A stretch of 64,000 nt of DNA. It comes from a virus. Its lineage: Duplodnaviria; Caudoviricetes. Positions 16,624 through 27,360 of the stretch are shown in pieces. The stretch covers positions 41,291 through 105,290 of the IMG/VR virus record IMGVR_UViG_3300037454_000475, one strand, 5' to 3'. The first letter of the stretch is position 1, and the number at the start of each line of letters is the position of its first letter. The notes under the pieces are model-generated. The model was not told the DNA's origin and did not search any database. It saw only the letters and a program-made list of their open reading frames with translations. Both the position numbers and the translations under genes were made by a program.

Positions 16624-19600
16624 TTACGGTGCCATCTTAACTTGAACCTTACCGTCCGATATCACCTTGTTAACCTTTGAGGTCAAATCATTTATTGCCC
16701 TTATGACATTATCAAGGTCACTCTTTGTAAGTTGATTCTTATTAACCGGTTGAGGCTCTCTCTTTTCATTGACTCCAGCGGAACCGGATGGTTGAGATAT
16801 AACATCTCCGGCAACTGCAACATTGAAGTCTTTCTTATTAACATCATCAAGTGCACCGGTGAGTTTTTCAAGTGCCTCAAGAAGGTCTTCATTAATGGCA
16901 TGGGCAAGTTCCTTGAAATTACCATTGATGGACTTCGATAATCCCTCAATGTGTTTCATCAAATCACTTGCGGTCTTGAGTTTATCAAGGTTGACTGAAT
17001 CAACTGTTTTAAGAAGACCAACCGTTTCCTTCACATTGTTTTGGAAGTTCTTGGCTGAATTATCATTAATCTTCGATACATTGGTCAATGAAGCGGCAAC
17101 ACGTTCAAATACAACCAACGAACCCTTCTTGACCACCTCCATCCTGTCAGGATCGAGATCTGCAAGAGGAGATACAATACCAAAGATTACACCTTCAAAT
17201 GCAGGTTTGATGGATTCCGTATCAACGCCGGATAGCTTATCATTATACAAATCAATGATATCGGTAATCGGTTGTTTGATCGTATTGAGAACACGGGAAA
17301 TCTTATAACCTTGTTCGTCAGCCTTTTTGACATAATCCATGGCGGTATCACTATCGGCAATCCATGCAATTGCTTTGATAGGACACATGATCAAATCATA
17401 CACGGTGCTTGTGATCTTACCCTGATTCTTATTAATGTACTCTGCAAGGTTTATGTACTCGACTGCAACGTCCTGTCCGTACGTAGGCGAATTTGGATCA
17501 GTATCACGTGCCCATTTCGAAGCCATGCGGCCTCCGGCAAGAGCCTTAACAAGATCCATGATATTACCGAGACCCTTAATGGCATCCATGGCAATGCCGA
17601 GTTTCTTCATATTCCTTTTCGATATATCGGAAAGTTGATCCTGCATTCTTTCATCACCAAGGATGTTGACAACACTAAAAAGCATCTTTTCGGCCATTGC
17701 CATTGCCTGATTGAAGTCCTGTTGCGTCATCTTACGCCATTTCTTCGGTGTACCATTTTCATTGAAGTCCTCTGCAGTGTTGCAATCAGGTACTATCAAG
17801 CTGGAAAGGTTTTTAAGGGTTTCACCCAAACCACCAACCACGGCGATGATCTCACCGAGACGTTCCATCTTCTTCTTCGTACTACGTGAAATATTATCAA
17901 GTGCATCCTCCGATATTGGGTTGACAACAAACGAACCTACGGAGCCCAATGATAATGTTACACGTTCCTCTCCAAACAATGCACAGAAGAACTCAAGCAT
18001 CGAACCAGCGGTCAATGAGGCATTGGCGAGATCCTCCGCGGTCATCATACGCCATTTCTTCGGTGTGCCATTTTCGTTGAAGTCATCCGGGCCCATGGCA
18101 TCCGGAACGGTAAGTGAGGACATATTCTTGAGTGTTTCCGCCATACCGCCAACCACAGCCACAATTTCACCAAGACGGGCGACTTTCTTCTTGGTACCAC
18201 GGGAAAGGTTGTCGAGGACGGCCATACTAATCGGGGTGATGGTTACCTGTGATCCGGCAAATTCCATGGTGGTTGGGGAATCAGCGAATATGTTGGCGAA
18301 GAACGCAAGTATGGAACCGGCGTTAACTGCAGCATTTCTAAAGTCATCACTTGACATTACGTTGAATCCTTTAGGTTTACCATCTTCAGTAAATCCTTTA
18401 TCAGGATCAGGTATCATCAAGGACGATATATTTTGAAGGCTGACCGCCATACCACCGACTGCGGCAACAATATCACCAAGACGCTCAATCTTACGGCGTG
18501 TGCTACGGGAGATCTTATCAAGAGCAGCCATATTAAGTGGTTCAACCGTTGCTTTTGAACCTCCAAATATAACCTCCGTTGCCTCCTCGGCGAACAAACC
18601 AGTAAAGAATGAAAGGATAGCGGATGCATTTTGAGCGGCTGACATAAAGTCCTCGGACTTCATCAATAGATACCCTTTAGGTCTTCCCTCTTCGGTGAAT
18701 CCTTTATCAGGATCCGGCATCTTCAATGAAGCAATATGTTGAAGCGTGTCCGCCATATTCGATACATGACCGACAATCCTCGAAAGTAGTCTAATCTTAA
18801 ATGTTGTCTTCAAACTTATCTTATCGAGAGCAGCCAAATCACAAGGAACCACCGTGAATTTGGCTCCATCACCAAGTTCGAAATCAACTTGTTCTTCACC
18901 AAACATGGCTGAAGTCATACCAAGGATGACTGCGGCATTTTGAGCAGCGGCCATAAAGTCCTCGGACTTCATTTGTTTATATCCTTTCGGATTACCTTTT
19001 TCATCAAATCCCTTATCAGGATCCGGCATGTTCAATGAAGCAATATGTTGAAGGATATCTGCGATCTTTCCAATGGAGCACGTGATGGTTGCAAGTTCGG
19101 TCACTCTACCAACATACGATGCCATTTTTATCGGGTTTGGAAGATCAGCAATATAACCAAATAAGCTCTTGCCGTCTTTATCCTCCTTCGTAAATGCCTT
19201 AATCGGTAATGAGATTATTGCTGCAACCTCATCCGGATCTTTAAGACCGGCAGCTTTGACTGCCATAGCAGCCTTTGCCGTATTCTTAACGACTTCGGAT
19301 AACAAGAGAGCAACAACTATCAATGAACTCATAGCAGCCATACCAAGACCAAATGCAATTGCTTGTGGGCCGGCAAGTAACATACCGGATGCAATGGTCA
19401 TTGCACCAACGGCAACCATGATAAGGGCCATGATACCGGTCACTTCGAGGATCTCAAGTGGAGGTGCAATAGATGCTGCTTTCGCGAGGTTCTTCATTAC
19501 AATGGACATTAAGAACGCAATACCGGCAATTACTGCCACACCGATGGCGCCTTGCATAATTTGTGATTGAAGAACACCGGCCAATACGGCAATACCACCA

Positions 19601-22416
19601 ACGGCCACCATCACAAGAGCCATAATGCCAACAACTTCAAGGAGTTCGAGAGGATCTGCGGTATTGGCTATTTCCGCAAGCACATATACAACAGCGGCCA
19701 TTGCGGCGGCAAACAATACCACGATCAACATGGCCTTCCAGCCTTTTTCTATGGTCTTACTTGCACGGGCAATCAAATATACTGCACCAACAAGGACAGC
19801 AAGTAATAGGGTTACCGTAAGTACCGGTTCCCAGTTAACCGTGAGCAATCCTCCAACATACACCATCAACATAGCGACTCCGGCAAGGATCGCAACTGCA
19901 AGTGCAATGTATAGGAGTTCCTTGGCTCCACTTTCTATCCACTTCTTTGCCAATGATAATAGCAAGCAGGAACCCACAAGTACAAGGAGATATGCGGATA
20001 TTATAAGCATGTTCTCCCAGTTGGCTGTGATATATTGTCCAACAACTGCCATCAACATAGCAACGCCGGCGAGGATGGCAACTGCAAGTGCAATGTATAG
20101 GAGTTCCTTGGCTCCCTCGTGTATTATCTTTTTAGCCAATGCCAATAGCAAGCAGGAACCTACAAGTACAAGGAGATATGCGGATACTATAAGCATACTC
20201 TCCCAGTTGGCTGCAATAAATTGACCGGTTAATGCCATTAACAATGCCGTGGTCGATAGTATGAGCATTGCCAATGCCATATCTTTGAGGACTTTTCCTC
20301 CTTCTTTCACGTTCTTGGAGATCAGGCTTATAAGAACCATCAATCCAACTATTGCGAGTGTGGCCACAACGGCAACCGCTATTAATGGAGCGGCTATCAT
20401 AAAGGTCAATCCAACAATTACAAGGCTTCCAACAAACAAGAGCAAGCTTACTGACATTTGGTTGAATGTCTTCGAAGCTGTATTGATATCCTTTTGTTTA
20501 TCCGCAACTACCGAATATATACGCATAAGTCCTTTAATGACCAACGATAAGGTAAATACGGTAAGTATGGATATTGCGATCAATGGAGTGGCCAAAGCAA
20601 TAAGTGAAACACTACCCACTATAATGAGCAAGCTCGAGGCCATTTGTTTAAGGGCCTTCGATGCTGCATTAATATCACTTTCTTTGTTGGCTACATTGGA
20701 ATATATACGTAGAAGTCCTTTGATGACAAATGATAATGTGAATACAGTGATCAATGACACCATGACGAACGGGGTTGCCAAGCTGATAAGTGAAACACTA
20801 CCAACAATGGCAAGTAAGCTCGATGCCATTTGTTTAAGAACCTTCGAAGCCGTACTGATATCTCCCTCTTTATTGGCCACATTGGAATATATGTGGAGGA
20901 GACCTTTAATAACCAACGATAGTGCAACCACCGTGATCATCGACACTATAACGAACGGGGTTGCCAAGCTGATAAGTGAAACACTACCAACAATGGCAAG
21001 TAAGCTCGAAGTTAGCTGTTGGATAACCTTTGATGTTGTGTTGATGTTACCTTCATTATCGGCAATCATCGAATATACACCCAAAATACCTTTGATGGTC
21101 ATCTTCAAGGCAACCGTGGTGAGTATGGATAATACAACGAACGGGGTTGCCAAGCTGATAAGTGAAATACCTCCAACGATGGTAAGCAAGCTCGAGGTTA
21201 GCTGTTGGATAACCTTTGATGTTGTGGTGATGCTACCTTCATTATCGGCAATCATCGAATATACATTCATGATACCTTGGATGGCCATCTTCAAGGCAAC
21301 TGTGGTGAGCATGGATAACACAACAAACGGGGTTGCCAAGCTGATAAGCGAAATACCTCCAACGATGGTAAGCAAGCTCGAGGTCAATTGATTAATGACA
21401 TTGGATGCCGTACCGATACCGGATGCATTTTCTGCAATCATTGAGTATACGTTTACGATACCATTGACGGCAAACTTCAAGGCAACTACTGTAATCATGG
21501 ATAACATGACGAATGGAAATGCCAAACTAATAAGTGCAACACTTCCAACAATTGTGAGTAAGCTTAATGCCATCTGCCCAATGGTCTTCGAAGCAGCATT
21601 GATATCTTTCTCATTGCTGGCAATCATTGAATATATGTTCAAGATACCATTGATTGCGAACTTCAAGGCAACCACTGCGATTAGTGACAACATCACAAAT
21701 GGGAATGACAAGCTAATAAGCGAGATACTTCCGATAATCAAAAGCAAACTCGAGGACATCTGCTTGAATGCAACCGCAGATTGAATGATTTGTTGTTGCT
21801 TACTGGAAGCATTTGAATATATGGTTATGATGTTATCGACAACCAATGACAAAACCTTAACAGCAAGTACAGCCAACGTCACTACCGGGAGAGAAGCACC
21901 AAGCACAACAGCCATTTTCGTAAGATCATTGGTTGTTGGTGCCACTTGTTTGAGTATTTTAGTGCCATCAATGAGGGATTTTGCCTTGTCTTTATCCCCA
22001 ATTTTTTCAAGCATTGGTATTACACCTTTAGGGTTTTTGCTTGAATCTCCAAACATCAAATCCATAAGACGGTTAACGGAATGTTTTGCCATACGGATTT
22101 GAGCACCATTAATCTTATTAATGTTGGAGATCACGGTAACAAGTGTATCGAATGCTTGGGTTGTGGATGCCAGTGTTTTTGACGCCTCCGCAGATTTACC
22201 AATATCGTATGAATTCATCTTATCAAGCGATTTATATATGGTATCAACCGCGGTATCTATGGCCTTCGATGCAGAGGTAATCGTTTTTACCAAGTTTTTA
22301 TCTATACCACTATTCACAATAACCTTAACCAATAGAGCAGAGGACTCCACTTGGGCTTGAAATATAGCAAATAGATTATTGCTGTTTGGAATATTATTGT
22401 GTTTTTTGCTTGGCAT
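16624..22416 (-). CDS. Tape-measure-like giant protein with 62-aa hydrophobic repeats and ~103-aa repeats
   Basis: 1930 aa, Ala/Ile/Leu-rich helical; 186-bp and ~309-bp DNA periodicity. Confidence 0.65.
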   Translation of the reverse strand: MPSKKHNNIPNSNNLFAIFQAQVESSALLVKVIVNSGIDKNLVKTITSASKAIDTAVDTIYKSLDKMNSYDIGKSAEASKTLASTTQAFDTLVTVISNINKINGAQIRMAKHSVNRLMDLMFGDSSKNPKGVIPMLEKIGDKDKAKSLIDGTKILKQVAPTTNDLTKMAVVLGASLPVVTLAVLAVKVLSLVVDNIITIYSNASSKQQQIIQSAVAFKQMSSSLLLIIGSISLISLSFPFVMLSLIAVVALKFAINGILNIYSMIASNEKDINAASKTIGQMALSLLTIVGSVALISLAFPFVMLSMITVVALKFAVNGIVNVYSMIAENASGIGTASNVINQLTSSLLTIVGGISLISLATPFVVLSMLTTVALKMAIQGIMNVYSMIADNEGSITTTSKVIQQLTSSLLTIVGGISLISLATPFVVLSILTTVALKMTIKGILGVYSMIADNEGNINTTSKVIQQLTSSLLAIVGSVSLISLATPFVIVSMITVVALSLVIKGLLHIYSNVANKEGDISTASKVLKQMASSLLAIVGSVSLISLATPFVMVSLITVFTLSFVIKGLLRIYSNVANKESDINAASKALKQMASSLLIIVGSVSLIALATPLIAISILTVFTLSLVIKGLMRIYSVVADKQKDINTASKTFNQMSVSLLLFVGSLVIVGLTFMIAAPLIAVAVVATLAIVGLMVLISLISKNVKEGGKVLKDMALAMLILSTTALLMALTGQFIAANWESMLIVSAYLLVLVGSCLLLALAKKIIHEGAKELLYIALAVAILAGVAMLMAVVGQYITANWENMLIISAYLLVLVGSCLLLSLAKKWIESGAKELLYIALAVAILAGVAMLMVYVGGLLTVNWEPVLTVTLLLAVLVGAVYLIARASKTIEKGWKAMLIVVLFAAAMAAVVYVLAEIANTADPLELLEVVGIMALVMVAVGGIAVLAGVLQSQIMQGAIGVAVIAGIAFLMSIVMKNLAKAASIAPPLEILEVTGIMALIMVAVGAMTIASGMLLAGPQAIAFGLGMAAMSSLIVVALLLSEVVKNTAKAAMAVKAAGLKDPDEVAAIISLPIKAFTKEDKDGKSLFGYIADLPNPIKMASYVGRVTELATITCSIGKIADILQHIASLNMPDPDKGFDEKGNPKGYKQMKSEDFMAAAQNAAVILGMTSAMFGEEQVDFELGDGAKFTVVPCDLAALDKISLKTTFKIRLLSRIVGHVSNMADTLQHIASLKMPDPDKGFTEEGRPKGYLLMKSEDFMSAAQNASAILSFFTGLFAEEATEVIFGGSKATVEPLNMAALDKISRSTRRKIERLGDIVAAVGGMAVSLQNISSLMIPDPDKGFTEDGKPKGFNVMSSDDFRNAAVNAGSILAFFANIFADSPTTMEFAGSQVTITPISMAVLDNLSRGTKKKVARLGEIVAVVGGMAETLKNMSSLTVPDAMGPDDFNENGTPKKWRMMTAEDLANASLTAGSMLEFFCALFGEERVTLSLGSVGSFVVNPISEDALDNISRSTKKKMERLGEIIAVVGGLGETLKNLSSLIVPDCNTAEDFNENGTPKKWRKMTQQDFNQAMAMAEKMLFSVVNILGDERMQDQLSDISKRNMKKLGIAMDAIKGLGNIMDLVKALAGGRMASKWARDTDPNSPTYGQDVAVEYINLAEYINKNQGKITSTVYDLIMCPIKAIAWIADSDTAMDYVKKADEQGYKISRVLNTIKQPITDIIDLYNDKLSGVDTESIKPAFEGVIFGIVSPLADLDPDRMEVVKKGSLVVFERVAASLTNVSKINDNSAKNFQNNVKETVGLLKTVDSVNLDKLKTASDLMKHIEGLSKSINGNFKELAHAINEDLLEALEKLTGALDDVNKKDFNVAVAGDVISQPSGSAGVNEKREPQPVNKNQLTKSDLDNVIRAINDLTSKVNKVISDGKVQVKMAP

Positions 22417-22492
22417 ACTTTTCTACTATAATTGATTATTTTTATAATAATCCTCAACATGCAGCTTGTAGAGATAATAAAACAAATAACAT

Positions 22493-24679
22493 ATGAAACA
22501 TTTGGATTTCAATAAAGGTTTTATAAAAGAGTCAGCCCAAACCCCGGAAACGATCAATGAGTTCTTTGGTACCTTGCTTGTATGTGGTGTCCTTGGTGCT
22601 TATTGTTCGATGGGGGTACTCTCCGTATTTAAGAAGCTCGGTGGTCTTCGTAATGAACTTGTGGATTTGCGTCAAAAACGTTTATCTGCCAAAAATGAAA
22701 GAATGAAACAAAAGTACGAACTTGAGATAGAGAAACATAAATATAAGCTTTTGAAGGCTGGGTACTCTACTGATGAAATCGATGATATCATAAAAACTGG
22801 CAAAACAAATGTTGGTGACGAAAAGGAGGAAAAAGAACTACGCAGTTTGTTGAAGAAGAAAAAAGCCGATTTGAGTCCAAAAGAACTTGCCCGTATCAAG
22901 GAATTATCGGATAGAGTTGAAATCGACAATGTGTTGACCGATAAGGAACAGGAGGCATTGAAATCATTAACCGGTGGTGATACAGATCCGCAAGAACCAC
23001 AAACACCTCAACTCACTGCTGGTGATAAGGAAAAACTCGACAAAGAGGCAGAAGAGATTAAAACCCAACGTAATAAGTCACTTAAACTTATGATGGCTTA
23101 TGAAAATACCGTCAAACAGTTGCCGGAAGGCCCTGACAAGGATAAACATTCAAAACATCTTGAATCATTAACAAAAGTTATGAGTGGTTCGGGTTCTCCT
23201 GAAGATATTGAAGTTGTTGAAAAATTTTCCAAAGAATCATTGACACCTGAAGGTCAAAAAATCGCCGAGCAGGTTGAAAAGAGCGCCGAAAAGATTTCCG
23301 ATGAAGACGTTGAAAAATGGAAGAAGGAAAAAGGTATCACAGACGATGGATTAGTCAAAACAATGAAAACCGTGGCAAAAGAAAATCCAAAACTTCTCGG
23401 AGAACCTAAAAAAGAACCTGAAAAGGAACCTGAAAAAGAACCTGAAAAAGAACCTGAAAAAGAACCTGAAAAAGAACCTGAAAAAGAACCTGAAAAAGAA
23501 CCTGCTAAAAAGGAGGGTGATCCAAAGGAACCTGAAGGTGGTGAACCAAAGAAGGTTGAACCGGAAGAATTCAAAGATCCTGACGGCACGGTATATAAAA
23601 AGGACGAAAACGGTAAGTGTACAATGACCACAGCCGATGGTGATTCCACAGAAATCGAGCCGGAGGAATTTGAAAAGCAAAAGAAGGCCAACGAAGAACC
23701 CGAAGAAGATGACGCCAAGGATGGCGATGAACGTACGGATAATGATGATGACCTTGAGGATGAAAAGTTTGATACGAAGGGTGGAAAAGCAACACTTTCG
23801 GACAAACAAGATCCCCGTAAAGTGTTCAAACAACGTACGTATAAACGTGGCAACAAGACATTTAGAACAAAATCATATTACAGCAAACGTGGGGTCGCCA
23901 TATCAAAGGATGAATTCAAAGAACGTGTTGCTAATTGGGAAAAGAAAAACAAAAAAGACAAAGTGGAAAACAGCTCTTTCAAGGGTTCTCCGTGGACAAT
24001 GACCCGTCTATGTGAAACAAGGAAACCGGCCCCAGTAATGGAAGCCGAGCAGGGTTCCGACATGGAATCCATATGCAAGGAACGACTTGTATATATCAAA
24101 TTTGTAATGGATACCACAACGAATAGCGTTGAAAAAGTAAAGATGGAACGTATGTATAACGCCATCTATAACTGCTGTTTCGATGCCAATGGTAAAGCCC
24201 GTTCCATGGAAGACCTTTATAACTACCTCAATGATACCATGATCGAAAACAAGGGTGAGGTTCCGGGTCTTCCAACCAACGATCAAGTGGTCAATATTGA
24301 TGATAAATGCAAGGCATGGAGGAAAATCTCACCGGATAAATTTGATGCCTATATGGCACGTCTCAACAAGGAACTCCTTGATAAAACTGGTACTAAAAAA
24401 ACCGATAAGGCAAAAGATATTCTTTCACCGGATGGCGAGGATTCAAGTACCAGTGCACTCGATAAGATCCGTGATCTTTCGACCAAATATGGTTTCACTA
24501 ACATCCTTGGCCTTGAGCCTTCACGCAAAGCATCCAAAGAGGATGATGAAAAGAAGGATGAGGTAAATAAACAGGAAAAGGATGGATCGCCAAAAGCTGA
24601 TTCCAAGGATTCCAAGGATGTAAAAGCAGATGACGTATCGCCGGAACAAGTTGATAAAATTGTTGGTGTATCCAAATAA
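22493..24679 (+). CDS. Highly charged putative virion internal protein
   Basis: N-terminal IKES/INEF then a TM helix; K/E/D-rich; KEPE repeats. Confidence 0.7.
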   Translation: MKHLDFNKGFIKESAQTPETINEFFGTLLVCGVLGAYCSMGVLSVFKKLGGLRNELVDLRQKRLSAKNERMKQKYELEIEKHKYKLLKAGYSTDEIDDIIKTGKTNVGDEKEEKELRSLLKKKKADLSPKELARIKELSDRVEIDNVLTDKEQEALKSLTGGDTDPQEPQTPQLTAGDKEKLDKEAEEIKTQRNKSLKLMMAYENTVKQLPEGPDKDKHSKHLESLTKVMSGSGSPEDIEVVEKFSKESLTPEGQKIAEQVEKSAEKISDEDVEKWKKEKGITDDGLVKTMKTVAKENPKLLGEPKKEPEKEPEKEPEKEPEKEPEKEPEKEPEKEPAKKEGDPKEPEGGEPKKVEPEEFKDPDGTVYKKDENGKCTMTTADGDSTEIEPEEFEKQKKANEEPEEDDAKDGDERTDNDDDLEDEKFDTKGGKATLSDKQDPRKVFKQRTYKRGNKTFRTKSYYSKRGVAISKDEFKERVANWEKKNKKDKVENSSFKGSPWTMTRLCETRKPAPVMEAEQGSDMESICKERLVYIKFVMDTTTNSVEKVKMERMYNAIYNCCFDANGKARSMEDLYNYLNDTMIENKGEVPGLPTNDQVVNIDDKCKAWRKISPDKFDAYMARLNKELLDKTGTKKTDKAKDILSPDGEDSSTSALDKIRDLSTKYGFTNILGLEPSRKASKEDDEKKDEVNKQEKDGSPKADSKDSKDVKADDVSPEQVDKIVGVSK
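23411..23506 (+). repeat. 12-bp coding tandem repeat (AAAGAACCTGAA)x8
   Basis: Encodes KEPE x7 + KEPA. Confidence 0.95.
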
Positions 24680-24691
24680 CCAATAACTACG

Positions 24692-24726
24692 AAAAAGAAA
24701 AGGGTCTCCGCGGAGACCCTTTTTTG
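24692..24726. terminator. Bidirectional terminator
   Basis: AAAGGGTCTCC/GGAGACCCTTT between convergent genes. Confidence 0.85.
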
Positions 24727-24738
24727 TTTTATGGAGGT

Positions 24739-25302
24739 TCATTCCGCCTCCTTGATCACATCCTTTACCTTGAATGGCCCGGCAAGTAGTTTGAATCGGT
24801 CGATAATCATATCTACTGTCCACCCGGCAAGGAATACCGGATCGGATGCCGGAAATGCGGTTTCCACATATTCCCAACTTTCCACATAGTAACTATCCGG
24901 CCCATGAGGAATGTGGAGGTTTTTGACAGTGATTTTTGACGCGGAAATGTCGATCTGTGCATGGAACTTCTCCATGAACCATTCCAATACTTGTATGTAT
25001 GATGGACGGGCAAAACGATGTCGGATGATAAAGTTATCCGGGTAATTGATGAATTTACCGTTACCGCACATCTCCCAATTGCTGTTACGGCATTCCCATT
25101 GGCTGCGTTCCGGGGTACCTTCCGGATAATCGGCAAAATCATCTTCATTATGGAAGTATGTTTCACATGGAACATTAAATCCATAATCAAATAGTAAATC
25201 ACCGATGTCGTAATTCACATACCCGTTGGTGAAATCACAATCCGAAATCCCCTTATGGGCGCGGTCTCTGATTATAAGGCTTTTTAACTGACTGATATTC
25301 AT
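24739..25302 (-). CDS. Hypothetical protein
   Basis: 187-aa ORF. Confidence 0.7.
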   Translation of the reverse strand: MNISQLKSLIIRDRAHKGISDCDFTNGYVNYDIGDLLFDYGFNVPCETYFHNEDDFADYPEGTPERSQWECRNSNWEMCGNGKFINYPDNFIIRHRFARPSYIQVLEWFMEKFHAQIDISASKITVKNLHIPHGPDSYYVESWEYVETAFPASDPVFLAGWTVDMIIDRFKLLAGPFKVKDVIKEAE

Positions 25303-25314
25303 AATGTTAATAAT

Positions 25315-25530
25315 TTATTGTTCGATGAAATCCACATCATCCCATGTAAGATCCGCGATACGGACCAATGCACGGTGTTTATGGTCAATAGATTCAATTT
25401 TACAATAATCATTATGACCACAATGTGTAATGTTCATTTCGAGGACGTAATACAGTCTGTCCGGGTATTCATCCCAACGAACCATCTCGCCAACTTTAAT
25501 TTCCTGTGTAGGATTCAAATGCTCATACAT
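25315..25530 (-). CDS. Hypothetical protein
   Basis: 71-aa ORF. Confidence 0.6.
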   Translation of the reverse strand: MYEHLNPTQEIKVGEMVRWDEYPDRLYYVLEMNITHCGHNDYCKIESIDHKHRALVRIADLTWDDVDFIEQ

Positions 25531-25565
25531 AAGTTATAGGTATTTCGATAATTGTTCCGTGGTCA

Positions 25566-25814
25566 TTAGATAAAAAAGTATTTGTTAATCGAATCACGAA
25601 GAGTTTTCTTGACGTTTTCGTCCGTGGCACCACACCCGGCAATATATCCGTCAAGCCAAATACCTCCCAGCGCTATTGACATTGCATTCTTTTGACCGGC
25701 ATTGGCCTTTACGCCTTCTGTAACAGCCATTTCGATCAAATCAAAAGCTTTTTCGTTATCCACACCGGCATAGTCTCCTTTAATGTAGATACCCAAAGAA
25801 TCTATCTTATTCAT
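25566..25814 (-). CDS. Hypothetical protein
   Basis: Start reassigned to MNKIDS downstream of the promoter. Confidence 0.6.
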   Translation of the reverse strand: MNKIDSLGIYIKGDYAGVDNEKAFDLIEMAVTEGVKANAGQKNAMSIALGGIWLDGYIAGCGATDENVKKTLRDSINKYFFI

Positions 25815-25842
25815 TTGTAAAATTATTAATCGGTTTTTCAAT

Positions 25843-25874
25843 TATATATAAAGGAACTTGATGAAATATTAACA
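25843..25874 (-). promoter_or_regulatory. Phage promoter TGTTAA-N18-TATATATA
   Basis: Recurrent motif. Confidence 0.75.
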
Positions 25875-25883
25875 GGAAACATT

Positions 25884-26366
25884 ATGCCACACGATATAAA
25901 AAAGATACGGCCAAATCAGCGATATAAAGGAGGTCAAATCAACCCGGCGTCCTGTCGTAAACTATATGAATCACAGAAGACTCGGCCGATTATATATAGA
26001 TCCTCGTATGAACGGGATTTTATCTATTGGTTGGAGCATTCCCCGAGAATTGTGCATTGGGGTAGTGAATGCGTTGGGATCCAATATACCAACCTACGGG
26101 ATGGTACAACACATACGTATTATCCGGATTATATCATGGACATGTATAATGACCAACACGATCCATCAAAAGGTATTACCACAATACTTGTTGAAATTAA
26201 GCCATACAATCAAACCAAAGCACCGGATCCTACGCTACCGCGAGACTCATACGCATGGAATGAGTATGTGAAGAATATCTCAAAATGGCGAGCTGCCGCG
26301 GAATTTGCCAAGCAGAACAATATGCTTTTTAAGATCTTTACCGAGAGGACTATATCAAGGCTGTAA
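25884..26366 (+). CDS. Head completion nuclease (T4 gp4-like, TnsA-type PD-(D/E)xK)
   Basis: YRSSYE, WGSE, YYPD, LVEIKP..QT, KW.AA, F.IFTE. Confidence 0.9.
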   Translation: MPHDIKKIRPNQRYKGGQINPASCRKLYESQKTRPIIYRSSYERDFIYWLEHSPRIVHWGSECVGIQYTNLRDGTTHTYYPDYIMDMYNDQHDPSKGITTILVEIKPYNQTKAPDPTLPRDSYAWNEYVKNISKWRAAAEFAKQNNMLFKIFTERTISRL

Positions 26367-26467
26367 AAATTCGATTTTTGCGCGTTTATTTGCGATATAA
26401 CAAGAGATCTCCTCCGCCCCTATATAGTTATTCGGGACGGAGGAGATCTCCTTTTATATGCGAGTTT
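26367..26467. repeat. Dispersed ~100-bp palindromic element, copy A
   Basis: Core GAGATCTCCTCCGCCCC-TATATAGTTATTC-GGGACGGAGGAGATCTC at 26404-26450. Confidence 0.9.
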
Positions 26468-26998
26468 TTAATTTATTGGCTCCGCTGTTTTGAAACTAAC
26501 TAACCATTGACGAGATATATTAAGGTCAAGACGTTCGGCAAATCCCCACCCGTATGGATAATGGCCGAATACATCAAGTCCTACGGCACCACTATCGAGA
26601 TCATGGGTGATTCCTTCGTATCCATATTCCTTGCATGCCCTGGCATATGCACTATCGCATGATTTTTCGCCAAAAGGATCCTGTTTAAGGCTTCGGGTAT
26701 AGTTCATGTATGCATAATCAAGAACCCCTTGTAGGAACGCGGCGTATTGACGCTTGTTTTTTATTACAAATTCATACTTCATTGAGCCATTCATGTATAC
26801 GTTAACCAAATCCCGAACATTACTGAATGATTGTACGGGGCCGGTCTTGAGGATGTTGTAATAAAGAATTTGCACCTCTTCCCAACGCTTATCCTCGGTT
26901 TTGTATACATATTTCTCCTTCTTTTTGAATAAGGACTTGAGTTTACCAAAGGCATCTTTGATGCCCTCATTAACTATGTACGAATATAAGTCTTTCAT
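26468..26998 (-). CDS. Hypothetical protein with CTS-like N-terminus
   Basis: MKDLYSYIVNEG. Confidence 0.7.
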   Translation of the reverse strand: MKDLYSYIVNEGIKDAFGKLKSLFKKKEKYVYKTEDKRWEEVQILYYNILKTGPVQSFSNVRDLVNVYMNGSMKYEFVIKNKRQYAAFLQGVLDYAYMNYTRSLKQDPFGEKSCDSAYARACKEYGYEGITHDLDSGAVGLDVFGHYPYGWGFAERLDLNISRQWLVSFKTAEPIN

Positions 26999-27010
26999 AA
27001 TCAATACTTT

Positions 27011-27346
27011 TTATAAATGAAGCACATTAAGATACAGATTGAATATATCTGCGTTTAATGTGTACGCCTGCTTGCATGCAAACACCGCTATTCTACGAAC
27101 AAGTTTTTTCTCATCATTGGTAAGGTTTATCTTTCCGGTCTTGGAGAACTTGTCATATAATGGAGTGAGAAGGGATTTTTCATGGTCATCCATAAAGAGC
27201 GGAAAATTCTTCATATTGGGACAATACTTTTCAACCCACGTGGTTGTATCGGGATCGACCAATGATCCCAATAAATCACGTAATGTGGCAATGTCCCGAT
27301 CCTCCCACTTAAATGACTCATTCAAATATTCGTATAATGGTTTCAT
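27011..27346 (-). CDS. Hypothetical protein with CTS-like N-terminus
   Basis: MKPLYEYLNES. Confidence 0.7.
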   Translation of the reverse strand: MKPLYEYLNESFKWEDRDIATLRDLLGSLVDPDTTTWVEKYCPNMKNFPLFMDDHEKSLLTPLYDKFSKTGKINLTNDEKKLVRRIAVFACKQAYTLNADIFNLYLNVLHL

Positions 27347-27360
27347 ATCGTTCGTTTTAT

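Noticed and set aside
16823-22360. Long plus-strand ORFs opposite the 1930-aa gene
   Set aside because: Antisense shadows of a repetitive coding sequence
23411-23506. CRISPR-like repeat
   Set aside because: Spacerless 12-bp in-frame coding repeat; no CRISPR array or cas gene in the window
25884-26366. Tn7 TnsA transposase with an adjacent inverted repeat
   Set aside because: Motifs fit the T4 gp4 head-completion nuclease; there is no tnsB/C, and the other repeat copies lack such a gene
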